Shown piece by piece: positions 45,601 through 53,851 of a stretch of 64,000 nucleotides of DNA (positions within the stretch are counted from its first letter, which is position 1; each line of letters begins with the position of its first letter). A program made the position numbers and the translations under genes. The DNA is from an uncultured Muribaculaceae bacterium (GTDB taxonomy: Bacteria > Bacillota_I > Bacilli_A > RF39 > UBA660). Under the pieces are notes generated by a model. It searched no databases and was not told where the DNA came from. It saw nothing but the letters and a program-made list of their open reading frames with translations. Location: positions 20,778 through 84,777 of the forward strand of contig CAZHBS010000002.1 of the NCBI GenBank assembly GCA_964530845.1, written 5' to 3'.

Positions 45601-47653
45601 GTACTTCTCTATAATATATCGTATTAGCATTAGTTGCATTAGCCGCTTTCTTTAAAGTCTTGTTTTGTAGCATCATTAAACTACTTTGATATTCTGCAGA
45701 TTTAATTTTAGAACCAATTCTTCTTGTCATATCATACATAGGAAGTGGATGATATGTATAAACTTCTGCTACTTTACGAGCAAGTTCGATTAAATCTTCA
45801 TCACTCTTACTATCATCAGTTATATATAAATTAATCAAACCAATCCAAGCATCTAAATTAATAATTTCTTCATCCAAAGCTGCACGATATATTTTTTCAA
45901 GCATCTTTCTGTCATCTTTGTAAACATCTTCAAGCAACAAAATAAGCTCAGCTTGTTCATACTTTTCATACTCGTTTTGTGCTTCTTGAGCAAGGAATAA
46001 ATATGATGAATTTTGCATCTTACTATTATTAGTAGCATATCTGCTACCCCAACCATTCATCAATGCTCCTCCAGTAGTATATGCCCAACCATTAGCAACA
46101 ACACTATTAGATAACTGCCAAGCATTATTTCCTCCACCTGCGTTATACATATAAATATATGCAGCATGCCTTGGCTGTCCTACAACACGAGCAGGATATC
46201 CCCAAACTCCATATAAATTAGCAGCTGTTTTAGATAACCCTCCGCATACAGCACCTTCTTCAAATACAATCCAAAGTTTAGGAACTCCTGATTTATATGT
46301 AATTCCATAATTTTCAAGGTTATATTTTTTGTTCCACATAGCATAATTTGCCTGCGTATAGTACTGTGGCTTATAATAACCATAATTAAATGTATAAGTT
46401 ATATATTTATATGGATTAAAACGTTCAGCTAAATTAGAATATTTAGTAGAATAATCCCTCAACCAAATAATTTCTTCATCATCAATATTTGTAAACATAA
46501 CTGCACGCATTTCTTCAATTGTGTAGTTTTCAAACATTACACTAGATCCAAGCATATTCTCTTTATGCATTTTTTTATAAATTTCATAACGAGTAAGAGC
46601 ATTGGATTGTTGTCTTGGATCAACCCATAATCCAACATTAGTTGAATGACTTAGTGAAAGAGAAAGCATCATTTTCAAATATAAATCTTTATATTTTGTC
46701 CCATTAGGAGTAACATCATCAATTTCTAAATCAGATTTATAAGCATGATACAAATCACTTAAAACTTGTAAAGATCTTTCATAAGTACCATAAGGAGCTC
46801 CTCCAATTGTCCAAAGTCTTAATGCCTCTTCATTATTTAAAAACCAATCTAATGTTTCTTTATTTTTTTGGTCACTTTCTAAAAAAGAACGTAATTGATA
46901 TTGACCAACATTCTTTATAAAGTTTCTTTGAAGTAACACTAAAGTCAAATCATCAGGTACTCTACCAGAACGATAATTATCCTTTATTATCTTATCAAAT
47001 TCTTCAACAGTCATCATAACATTGTCAGAATAGCCCTCTTTAACTAGTTTAGCATCTCCCCATACGGCATGATCACTACCATTAGAACCATTATCATTAA
47101 CATATAATTTTATAAAATTAGCATCTCTTATATCAATTTTTGCATATACTGCATTATTTGTTCCTTTTAAAGCAACAGGATTCTCTTCAGTTCGCAAGGT
47201 CCAATTAGTTCCATCAACAGACGTATATATATAAAACTTTGCTCCATTTCCATTATTACCAGCTGTAGTATTTAAACCATAATAAGTAGTAAAATAATCA
47301 TAATTTTTATAATTACTAATATCATATTCTACAGTAGATGTAGCATGAGCCCATATACCTTTTTTTACAGTAACTACTGCTCCATCTAATCTAAGAGATA
47401 AAGCACCATTAGAATTTGTCTTGTCTAATCCAATAGTACCCCAACCAATCTGAGCATTTCTATAAGGAATGTCAGATAAAAACAAAACATCCCCTGTCTC
47501 AACATTACCAGTATTGTAAGTAAGAACATCATATTTATCTATTTTTTTACCAAAAAAAGACTCTGTCTTACCTGTAAATATAAATAAAAAAGTAACTATT
47601 GATAAACAAAAAGTTGTAAATAGTATTCCTTTAAATAAGCTTGATTTTTTCAT
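42635..47653 (-). CDS. Giant (1672-aa) cell-surface protein: NPCBM-like module, Cys/His (transglutaminase-like?) core, F5/8 type C (discoidin) domain, six Ig-like repeats, Pro/Lys/Ser linker, C-terminal TM anchor
   Basis: FLSDIPYRNAQIGWGTIGLDK...GIWAHA (NPCBM-like), GAVCGGLSKTAANLYGVWGYPARVVGQPRHAAYIY, NIVDGNPNTYWRS (discoidin), repeats ending VDWIDKxAP, and the final helix IFIGVFAILTIAGVFFVI. The start was trimmed to MKKSSLF after AAAGGGAAGTG. Confidence 0.7.
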   Translation of the reverse strand: MKKSSLFKGILFTTFCLSIVTFLFIFTGKTESFFGKKIDKYDVLTYNTGNVETGDVLFLSDIPYRNAQIGWGTIGLDKTNSNGALSLRLDGAVVTVKKGIWAHATSTVEYDISNYKNYDYFTTYYGLNTTAGNNGNGAKFYIYTSVDGTNWTLRTEENPVALKGTNNAVYAKIDIRDANFIKLYVNDNGSNGSDHAVWGDAKLVKEGYSDNVMMTVEEFDKIIKDNYRSGRVPDDLTLVLLQRNFIKNVGQYQLRSFLESDQKNKETLDWFLNNEEALRLWTIGGAPYGTYERSLQVLSDLYHAYKSDLEIDDVTPNGTKYKDLYLKMMLSLSLSHSTNVGLWVDPRQQSNALTRYEIYKKMHKENMLGSSVMFENYTIEEMRAVMFTNIDDEEIIWLRDYSTKYSNLAERFNPYKYITYTFNYGYYKPQYYTQANYAMWNKKYNLENYGITYKSGVPKLWIVFEEGAVCGGLSKTAANLYGVWGYPARVVGQPRHAAYIYMYNAGGGNNAWQLSNSVVANGWAYTTGGALMNGWGSRYATNNSKMQNSSYLFLAQEAQNEYEKYEQAELILLLEDVYKDDRKMLEKIYRAALDEEIINLDAWIGLINLYITDDSKSDEDLIELARKVAEVYTYHPLPMYDMTRRIGSKIKSAEYQSSLMMLQNKTLKKAANATNANTIYYREVPTIANVLLGIVDTSIANFSFNGADAGKIVLSKALQSSQVTWKYSIDGGNDWKTSYESFAQLTEDEIKSINTTNDIKIFIVGLPQTDDNIYTIDITKNAAPTTISINDLEDRMFGVNASMEWTLDTSGEWTSFASSNPLFTGDKRVYVRTVASGSKMASDPINFTFTNNSSEPTKKYIPYSLLSVPIVSASQPNEGNKANIVDGNPNTYWRSYRNKGMGAAYVPAYVIIELEDPRFVNALEYTHDRFAITKFSNGNVPYGFAHNVEISVSMDGTNWTKVATKNFANNNNNPQQVVFDEALQAKYVKFDAKTIYQAITNSLAIGEITLFEDTTADPTPRATVNYNIVGKTNKDVVAELINPTRKIKVTNNDGKMTHTFTENGEFTFEFEDSAGNKGSAVAKVDWIDKSAPTVDVTFSTTELTNSDVVATLNFNKDVTILSDDVQIAINPNDNSKTITFLSNDTVELRFQDTLGNVGSKTITVDWIDTVAPTAEVTFDKVHLTDGEVVATLVPSEDVTVTNNDGSLTHTFTKNGDFTFEFIDKAGNKGFATAHVDWISRVPEYSVKFSNTKPTNKDVTVELKLEDGYRIFNNNASNIYTFTDSGTFNFLYKDENGYDGLIPVTVDWIDKVAPTGTFEYNIKAITNKDVKVTLKPSEEVTVENNNGSFDYTFTENGEFTFNLVDKVGNKGSTTVKVDYIDKIKPTATIEYSTKEETDGEVVATIKPSEEVTILGAGKDSYTFTENAEYTFEFVDRAGNKGYATARVDWIKKKNEDIPKEPDEKPSKPSDNKPNGKPSNTTSNNISKENSTITYKEFSNGNVVAMIPSNIISKYNDISLKYEVLTLSDSQKARFGTDSEIYDISLISNDSNDNEKIDLSSEVIEQRFKLDSNKKFDGVYAVRIDGSVFKLDYKINDNNEVVFKENGLNRYIIAYKTKSDNDDSSIIDDDEDIDNNLEKNDNYTKYIFIGVFAILTIAGVFFVIKKMKKDDNII
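43300..44590 (-). repeat. Six tandem coding repeats of about 70 aa (Ig-like) inside the giant surface-protein gene
   Basis: Each unit has the form T-NxDV-V-L...THTFTENGEFTFEFxDxAGNKGxAxAxVDWIDKxAP. The units are diverged at the DNA level. Confidence 0.7.
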
Positions 47654-47823
47654 ACATAACACTTCCCTTTCACATCAAAAATCATTCCTAATTAAATCCT
47701 ATCCTATGTTAAAATATTACTCCATATGACACAATTTGTCAAAATAATATTTAAAGAAAAAAAGAAAAACTTTTTCTTTTTTATTAATTGTAATTTCAAC
47801 CGCACCATTTTATTTATAAATAT

Positions 47824-48276
47824 TTATTTTTTTCTTGCTTTCTCAATTTGTTCTTTGCATTCATCTTCAAGAATACCTGTGATTATATTTAACTCTCCAG
47901 ATGTCTTATCTTTAATATCAAATATTGTTACATTTGGATTCATATCACCTTCACTAGGTGCACCAAAAAAGAAATTATTTATTTTCGCTTTTATACTAGC
48001 AGACATACACATACTACAACTCCAAGCATTTGACATTAAAAAGTATTTTGACAAATCTCTTGTATTCAATTTCTTACAAGCCTCCGAAATCAAATTAATT
48101 TCAGCGTGAGCCGTTGGATTGCATGTAGACTTTGCTGTATTATGAGCCTTTTCAATTATATTTCCTTCAGTATCAATTAATATAGCAGCAAATGGAGAAT
48201 TCCCCTCCTCAACTGCAACATCAACTTCTTCAATTACTACTTTCATTAATTTTTCTAAAACCTCATTTGAAAACAT
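47824..48276 (-). CDS. CMP/dCMP-type zinc deaminase (TadA/guanine-deaminase-like)
   Basis: HAEINLISEA and SCSMC zinc ligand motifs. Confidence 0.8.
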   Translation of the reverse strand: MFSNEVLEKLMKVVIEEVDVAVEEGNSPFAAILIDTEGNIIEKAHNTAKSTCNPTAHAEINLISEACKKLNTRDLSKYFLMSNAWSCSMCMSASIKAKINNFFFGAPSEGDMNPNVTIFDIKDKTSGELNIITGILEDECKEQIEKARKK

Positions 48277-49454
48277 TATTCATTCTCCTTTTCTTTACTT
48301 AAATCAATAATTGTCCCTAAAGAATTCATTGACTCCTCACCATCACTATATCTTATATATGCTTTATTATCCAAAATATCCAAACCTATTACTCTATAAA
48401 AATTATTAGGAGTCTCTATTTTAACAATATCTTTACCATCATACTTATAAAGCATTGTATGTGACTCATATATTACTTCTATTAAAAGTCCATCACCATA
48501 TTCATGCCCTACAACATCTTCAAAAGAATCAACATCTAACTCAAAAGCTTCTGTACTTTTATGTCCATCATATAAATAAAATGTCTTTAAATTGTCATCA
48601 TAAGTACCATAATTATATTTATTTTTATAATAACAAAATTTATTATCAATAACACCTAACATATAGTAACTATAATTACTATCTATCTTCTTTATTTTAC
48701 CATTATGAACATATAATAACCTATTACCACTAAAATGATCATTAAAATTTGTGTTAAATTCTACAAACATACCATTTCTAACTTCTTTTTGAGAAACAAT
48801 AACAGCTCCATTAATAACAAAATCCCTCTCTAGTCCTTTATCAGTAATTTTATAATAAGTAAACTTTTTCTTATCTTTAGTAATTACATATAGTTTGTTA
48901 TCAATATTATCAAAAAAAGACATTTCTAAACCTTTAGTCATTTTATTAACTTTTAAAGTATCTAAATTATACTCATATATATTAGATGAAGGAATTCCAT
49001 ATACTTTATTATTATATAAAACTGCTCTATTCAAATAATAACCATCTTTAAATATTCTAGTTTTCTTTGTACCATTTATAGAATATATACTTCTACCATA
49101 ATAAGATATAATATTATCATTATATTTTCCTAATATATTATATGGCCTATCAACCAATCTTTTTTCTTCATTAGTTTTTATATTATAAGAATATAATACA
49201 TTATTACTATCATAATAAATATCATCATTTTCTCTCCATAAAGATTGAACATCATCTGCAATTTCTACTTTATAACCATCTTTCTCAAAAATAACTTTGT
49301 TGCCATTATAGTATATAACTCCACCATTAATTTTTTCAACACTAATTATCTCATGAAAACCATCATCACTTTTTTCTACTTTTTCAAATTCAATAGTTTT
49401 AGAACAACCTGTAACCATAAAAATTAGCATTAATAAAATTAATATCTTTTTCAT
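48276..49454 (-). CDS. Lipoprotein, probable beta-propeller (DUF5050-like)
   Basis: Lipobox MVTGC and repetitive Y/N-rich beta-strand pattern. Confidence 0.5.
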   Translation of the reverse strand: MKKILILLMLIFMVTGCSKTIEFEKVEKSDDGFHEIISVEKINGGVIYYNGNKVIFEKDGYKVEIADDVQSLWRENDDIYYDSNNVLYSYNIKTNEEKRLVDRPYNILGKYNDNIISYYGRSIYSINGTKKTRIFKDGYYLNRAVLYNNKVYGIPSSNIYEYNLDTLKVNKMTKGLEMSFFDNIDNKLYVITKDKKKFTYYKITDKGLERDFVINGAVIVSQKEVRNGMFVEFNTNFNDHFSGNRLLYVHNGKIKKIDSNYSYYMLGVIDNKFCYYKNKYNYGTYDDNLKTFYLYDGHKSTEAFELDVDSFEDVVGHEYGDGLLIEVIYESHTMLYKYDGKDIVKIETPNNFYRVIGLDILDNKAYIRYSDGEESMNSLGTIIDLSKEKENE

Positions 49455-49516
49455 ATAATAATTCTCTCTTTCAAATAATATTAAAGTTTAACTTATAAAA
49501 ATATTATATCATGATT

Positions 49517-49549
49517 AAAAAAACTAAAATAGATACTTTCTATTTCAGT
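49517..49549 (-). terminator. Intrinsic terminator after the ParB-like gene
   Basis: Minus strand: ACTGAAATAG-N7-CTATTTTAGT followed by a T7 run. Confidence 0.5.
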
Positions 49550-49580
49550 TTATTACTAACTATAAGACAAGATAAATTAA

Positions 49581-49979
49581 TTACTTAGAAATATTTTTTA
49601 TTTCGCATCTTGGAATAATTCTAACATCTACTTCTTTATAACCAAGTATTTTACATTTTAAAAGTCTATGTAGCCCATCTAATATAACATATCTACCTTT
49701 ATTTTCCATAATGTCGATTGGGTAATTAATATCGGAATTCATTACTCTATTATATTGCTCACTATATTTTTCTTTATCATCTATAACCTGATTAGGTGTT
49801 AGATTATAATAATCATTACCATAATCCCAAAATGGAACATCAAAATGCCATTTCAAATCTTCAATACTTATTTTTGTTGTTGGATATTCTAACTTCCAAA
49901 CATCCTTTTCATCCCAATCAAAATCAAATCCATATTCTAATACACTTTGAGGGATATCTTTATTATCCAAATTAATCAC
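49581..49979 (-). CDS. ParB/sulfiredoxin-like nuclease-domain protein (small, stand-alone)
   Basis: GRYVILDGLHRLLKCKILG carries the DGxHR core of the ParB/Srx fold. Confidence 0.5.
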   Translation of the reverse strand: MINLDNKDIPQSVLEYGFDFDWDEKDVWKLEYPTTKISIEDLKWHFDVPFWDYGNDYYNLTPNQVIDDKEKYSEQYNRVMNSDINYPIDIMENKGRYVILDGLHRLLKCKILGYKEVDVRIIPRCEIKNISK

Positions 49980-50018
49980 CTATCTTTAATAACATTATAT
50001 TTAAGTTGTATATACGAA

Positions 50019-50864
50019 TTATTTATATGCAATCTTATTTACATCTCCTGATATCATTTGCCCACATGCTCCATTTACATCAGAACCATTAGTTTCATAA
50101 TACTCCACTTGCATACCATATTTTTTTAATTCTAATATAAATTCATTAACTCTTTTGCTTTCTGATAAATGACTTATATCTACCTTGTTGAATTTATTAA
50201 TTTTTATATATTCATCTTTACCAAGTAACTCAAATAATTTTTTAGCATCCTCAATGCTATCATTAACACCATCAAATAAAACATAATTCCATTCAACTTT
50301 TTTACCACTAATATCTTTATACTTTTTTACTACTTCTACTAAAGATATCAAATTATCGCTTATAGGCATTATTTTTTTTCTTTTTATCGAATCTGCTGAG
50401 TGAAGAGAAATTTCTAACTTAAAATTTATATTCTTTAAATCTTCTGCTAAACTCAAGATATATTTTTGATTAACTCCACACGTAGCTAATGCAAATTTAG
50501 AATTTTTATATTTTTCATTTAAGTAATTAAATGCTCTTATTAGATTTTCATAATTTAATAATGGCTCCCCAATTCCCATTGCACTAAATAAAATTGGTTT
50601 ATTATTATTTATATTCTCATTTTGAATAACATTTTCTATTTGAGAAACTATTTCTTCATATGTCAAATTACGCACAAAATTATTTCTAACTCCATTATAA
50701 CAAAATCTGCATCCCATATTACATCCGATTTGTGTTGAAAAACAAATTATGTTTTTATTACTATAATCTACATATGTAGTCTCAATTCTATACTCATCAT
50801 TAGTTTTTTGAATATACTTTCTACAAACACCATCTTTAGAGTGCATTATTTTAATTACTATCAT
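50019..50864 (-). CDS. Radical-SAM RlmN/Cfr-family RNA methyltransferase homologue lacking the N-terminal domain
   Basis: IICFSTQIGCNMGCRFC (the extra Cys plus CX3CX2C), MGIGEPLLNYENL, ISLHS, EWNYVLFDGVNDS and GACGQM all parallel RlmN/Cfr blocks. The protein is only 281 aa. Confidence 0.65.
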   Translation of the reverse strand: MIVIKIMHSKDGVCRKYIQKTNDEYRIETTYVDYSNKNIICFSTQIGCNMGCRFCYNGVRNNFVRNLTYEEIVSQIENVIQNENINNNKPILFSAMGIGEPLLNYENLIRAFNYLNEKYKNSKFALATCGVNQKYILSLAEDLKNINFKLEISLHSADSIKRKKIMPISDNLISLVEVVKKYKDISGKKVEWNYVLFDGVNDSIEDAKKLFELLGKDEYIKINKFNKVDISHLSESKRVNEFILELKKYGMQVEYYETNGSDVNGACGQMISGDVNKIAYK

Positions 50865-50880
50865 TTTTACTCAAATCCTT

Positions 50881-51366
50881 TTAATTCAACTTTTCAGAAT
50901 CTCCACGTTTTTCAGCTACAATTTTATTATATTTATCATATGATAAATATTCAATGTTTTCTTCTTTAATCCAATAACCAAATCTTCCTTTTACTATGTA
51001 AGATTTTGGTAATTTCTCAAATATTAAATCTTTAGTATTGGAAGCTTTTGCATCCTTTGCTAATGATGCTGTAATATGGGGTTTTTTTAATCTACTTGGA
51101 TCATGTTCTTCATAATTTATATAATATTGCATTATATCTATAGGAAGTTGTACTTCAAATCCACTATTATTTCCATCATAACCATAGCCAACTATTAATA
51201 CTTCTATTTCTTTACCAACCAGTTCATCAAATATTTCATTTTCTGATGGATGATATTTAAAAGTACAATGAATTTCATCATTAACAATTGGCAATTGAAA
51301 TTTTTCTAAAGAATGAATAAAATCTACTGTTTCTCCTTCAAAAAATATTCCCTCATAACTTAACAT
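50881..51366 (-). CDS. Hypothetical protein, possible 2H phosphoesterase fold
   Basis: Two H-x-T-x motifs (EIHCTFKY and KPHITASL) about 64 residues apart. Confidence 0.35.
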   Translation of the reverse strand: MLSYEGIFFEGETVDFIHSLEKFQLPIVNDEIHCTFKYHPSENEIFDELVGKEIEVLIVGYGYDGNNSGFEVQLPIDIMQYYINYEEHDPSRLKKPHITASLAKDAKASNTKDLIFEKLPKSYIVKGRFGYWIKEENIEYLSYDKYNKIVAEKRGDSEKLN

Positions 51367-51382
51367 AGGTTATACCTCATAA

Positions 51383-51808
51383 TTATAATTTATTATATTC
51401 TTGGTCTGTCACTGGTTCACACCATTCAGTAGAAGAATCTTCTCCAGGTATTTCCATAGCAATATGACTAAACCAAGAATCTTTTTTAGCACCATGCCAA
51501 TGTTTAACATTTGCAGGAATTACGATTACCTTTCCTGGTTCTAAACTAACAGCTTCCCTACCTTCTTCTTGATACCAACCACTTCCTGCAGTACATATTA
51601 GTAATTGTCCTCCACCTTTTGCGGCTTTATGAATATGCCAATTATTTCTACATCCAGGTTCAAAAGTTACATTAGCTAAAGATATTTTAGCATCATCTAT
51701 TTTAGCAAGTGGATTAAGATAAGAATTACCTATAAAATATTGGGCATAAGCATCATTAGGATTACCTAATCCAAATACATTTACTTTATCAAATTCTTCT
51801 CTATTCAT
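51383..51808 (-). CDS. Cupin-domain protein
   Basis: NVTFEPGCRNNWHIHKAAKGGGQLLICTAGSGWYQEEG. Confidence 0.8.
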   Translation of the reverse strand: MNREEFDKVNVFGLGNPNDAYAQYFIGNSYLNPLAKIDDAKISLANVTFEPGCRNNWHIHKAAKGGGQLLICTAGSGWYQEEGREAVSLEPGKVIVIPANVKHWHGAKKDSWFSHIAMEIPGEDSSTEWCEPVTDQEYNKL

Positions 51809-51854
51809 CTTTATAAACCTCCTCTACCATAGGAAATACACTCCAAGCCTTTGC

Positions 51855-52121
51855 TCATCCTGTATAAAAGGCAAGTTGTGTAATCATCTCTACTACTTTT
51901 TCCTTTTTTAAACCATGCTTCTTACCTAAAACTAAATGTGATTTAACTTGAGGATATAATCCTTGTGCCATTAATGCTGATATAGTTATCATGCTTCTGT
52001 CTCTTAAAGATAGTTTATCTTCTCTACTCCAAATTTCTCCAAATAGAACATCATCATTTAATTCTGCAAACTTAGGAGCTAATATTCCCAAATTATCTCT
52101 CCCAGCTGTTTGTTTTTCCAT
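51855..52121 (-). CDS. Carboxymuconolactone decarboxylase (CMD)-family protein, cut short by an in-frame TGA
   Basis: AELNDDVLFGEIWSREDKLSLRDRSMITISAL...QLAFYTG*. The same frame continues AKAWSVFPMVEEVYKDE* to 51801. The start was trimmed to MEKQTAG. Confidence 0.7.
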   Translation of the reverse strand: MEKQTAGRDNLGILAPKFAELNDDVLFGEIWSREDKLSLRDRSMITISALMAQGLYPQVKSHLVLGKKHGLKKEKVVEMITQLAFYTG

Positions 52122-52200
52122 TGAATAATCATCCCTTACATTATAATAATACACCAGTGTCTAACACCTATGTCAATAATAAAAAAATAGATAATTAAAT

Positions 52201-52908
52201 CTATTTAATATTCTTATAAATTTCTTTTTCTATAAATTTTCTAAAAGGAGACCCATTTGTAAAATCTCTTAAAAAATATTCATCAACTATTCCCATAGCT
52301 TTTAACTTTTTATAATTTTCATAATCTTGTTCTTCAGAACCAACAAATATACACTTACCTCCAAGATTATGAACAGCTTGAAAAGCACTTTTATCAGTTA
52401 ATCCATCACCAACATAAATAACTTTTTTACCAGGATTTTCTAAAACAATCATGTCAATAACATTAGGCTTTTCTTCATCAGTAATAATTCTATTAACTTT
52501 AGTAAATATATCTTTCTCTTTGTGATAAGTAGTTCCATAAATTCCATTAACTAAATCACAAATTCTAGTACTTCGTACATAATCTTCAAATCCAGAAGTA
52601 ACAATAAAGTGTTTAATTCCACTATTCTTTTCACTTAACTCTTCAAAATATGATAAAACCCCAGGATTAAATGTAATATCTTTTGCACCTAAAACAACAT
52701 TATCATAACTCATCTCAACTTTATTTTCTTTTAAAATATCTTCATATGTTTTATAAAAAGCCTCATATAATGACAAACCATCTTTTTTTATCAAGTCCAT
52801 TACACGTTTTAATAGCTTATCACTATTATAACCAATATCTTCTAAAATTTTATATTTAGGTATTCCAAATGGTGTTAAAGTACCATCAAAATCATAAATT
52901 ATAATCAT
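52201..52908 (-). CDS. HAD-superfamily hydrolase
   Basis: Motif I IIIYDFDGTLTP and motif IV-like YVGDGLTD. Confidence 0.8.
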   Translation of the reverse strand: MIIIYDFDGTLTPFGIPKYKILEDIGYNSDKLLKRVMDLIKKDGLSLYEAFYKTYEDILKENKVEMSYDNVVLGAKDITFNPGVLSYFEELSEKNSGIKHFIVTSGFEDYVRSTRICDLVNGIYGTTYHKEKDIFTKVNRIITDEEKPNVIDMIVLENPGKKVIYVGDGLTDKSAFQAVHNLGGKCIFVGSEEQDYENYKKLKAMGIVDEYFLRDFTNGSPFRKFIEKEIYKNIK

Positions 52909-52921
52909 ATATCTTTCTCCT

Positions 52922-53620
52922 CTACTTTATTACCCTATATTTAAGTTGTATATAAGAATTATCAAGCTTATTGCATTCAACTAACTCTAATGCTCTTAAT
53001 TTATTAAGTTCACTAGATTTTGTTATAGAAACACCATCAATTAAGGTTGAAGTATCCCTTCCACCAACTAATAATGGTGCTATTACTATATTTACATAAT
53101 CAATCAAATTTTCTCTTAAAAATAATCCATTAAGATTACCCCCTGATTGGATAGTTAAATTATTAATATTATATTTTTCATATAAATCTTCTAAAAGTAA
53201 GCCTAAATCTAACTCAGTATATTCCAATATAATCAAATTATCATAATTACTTTTTAAATTATATGCAACATGATTTTTATTAGTTGTTACAAGATATAAA
53301 GTCTTTACCCACCTACATAAATAATCTATTCCGTTCTCATTTAAATGAGGCTTATTATCTATTATAATAAAACTGCAAGGACTCTTAGCTGGAATATCAC
53401 TTCTATCATTAATACCAATTTTTTTCATAACTCTTCCTGTATTTAAAGAAAATAAATCAGTAGTCTGCTCTATATCATAATATTGTTGTAATCCTTCTTT
53501 TACTCCACTAATTTTACGCCAATCTTTATCAGAATCTAACTCATCACTATTACCACTACTAATCTTTCCATCTAATGACTCTAACATAAATAATGTTGTT
53601 TTTGGCTTATTCATACTCAC
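52922..53620 (-). CDS. RibD C-terminal / dihydrofolate-reductase-like protein
   Basis: TTLFMLESLDGKISSG and IQSGGNLNGLFLRENLIDYVNIVIAPLLVGG. Confidence 0.7.
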   Translation of the reverse strand: MSMNKPKTTLFMLESLDGKISSGNSDELDSDKDWRKISGVKEGLQQYYDIEQTTDLFSLNTGRVMKKIGINDRSDIPAKSPCSFIIIDNKPHLNENGIDYLCRWVKTLYLVTTNKNHVAYNLKSNYDNLIILEYTELDLGLLLEDLYEKYNINNLTIQSGGNLNGLFLRENLIDYVNIVIAPLLVGGRDTSTLIDGVSITKSSELNKLRALELVECNKLDNSYIQLKYRVIK

Positions 53621-53820
53621 TTCTCCTCAAAATACTATTATTAAAAAATAATTCAATAAATATAAATAGTTTAAATAAAAGAAAAAAACATTAAGCCTTA
53701 AAATTGAATTTATCTTTTTAAGTAAAATCTCACTTTTCAAAAAAATTATAACACATATTATAATAATTTAATAATTCTTTTGAATTTATATTCACAATAA
53801 TTTTATTTAAATATTTAACA

Positions 53821-53829
53821 TGTTATAAT
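53821..53829 (+). promoter_or_regulatory. Extended -10 promoter element
   Basis: TGTTATAAT about 22 nt upstream of the ATG at 53852, with RBS AAGAAAGAGGA in between. Confidence 0.35.
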
Positions 53830-53851
53830 ATTTAAGAAAGAGGATGATAAT

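Noticed and set aside
43141-46383. Short minus-strand ORFs in alternative frames inside the giant surface-protein gene (43141-43380, 44644-44874, 45853-46056, 46180-46383), plus 61634-61891 and 24831-25022.
   Set aside because: These are out-of-frame overlaps with long, motif-supported genes, and nothing independently supports them as coding.
51855-51857. TGA read as Trp (genetic code 4) for the whole contig.
   Set aside because: Other genes end cleanly at TGA in standard arrangements. Examples are the mobC TGA inside the relaxase RBS and the PcfB TGA in an ATGA overlap. The standard-code ORFs also tile the window without gaps. A single nonsense change is the simpler explanation.
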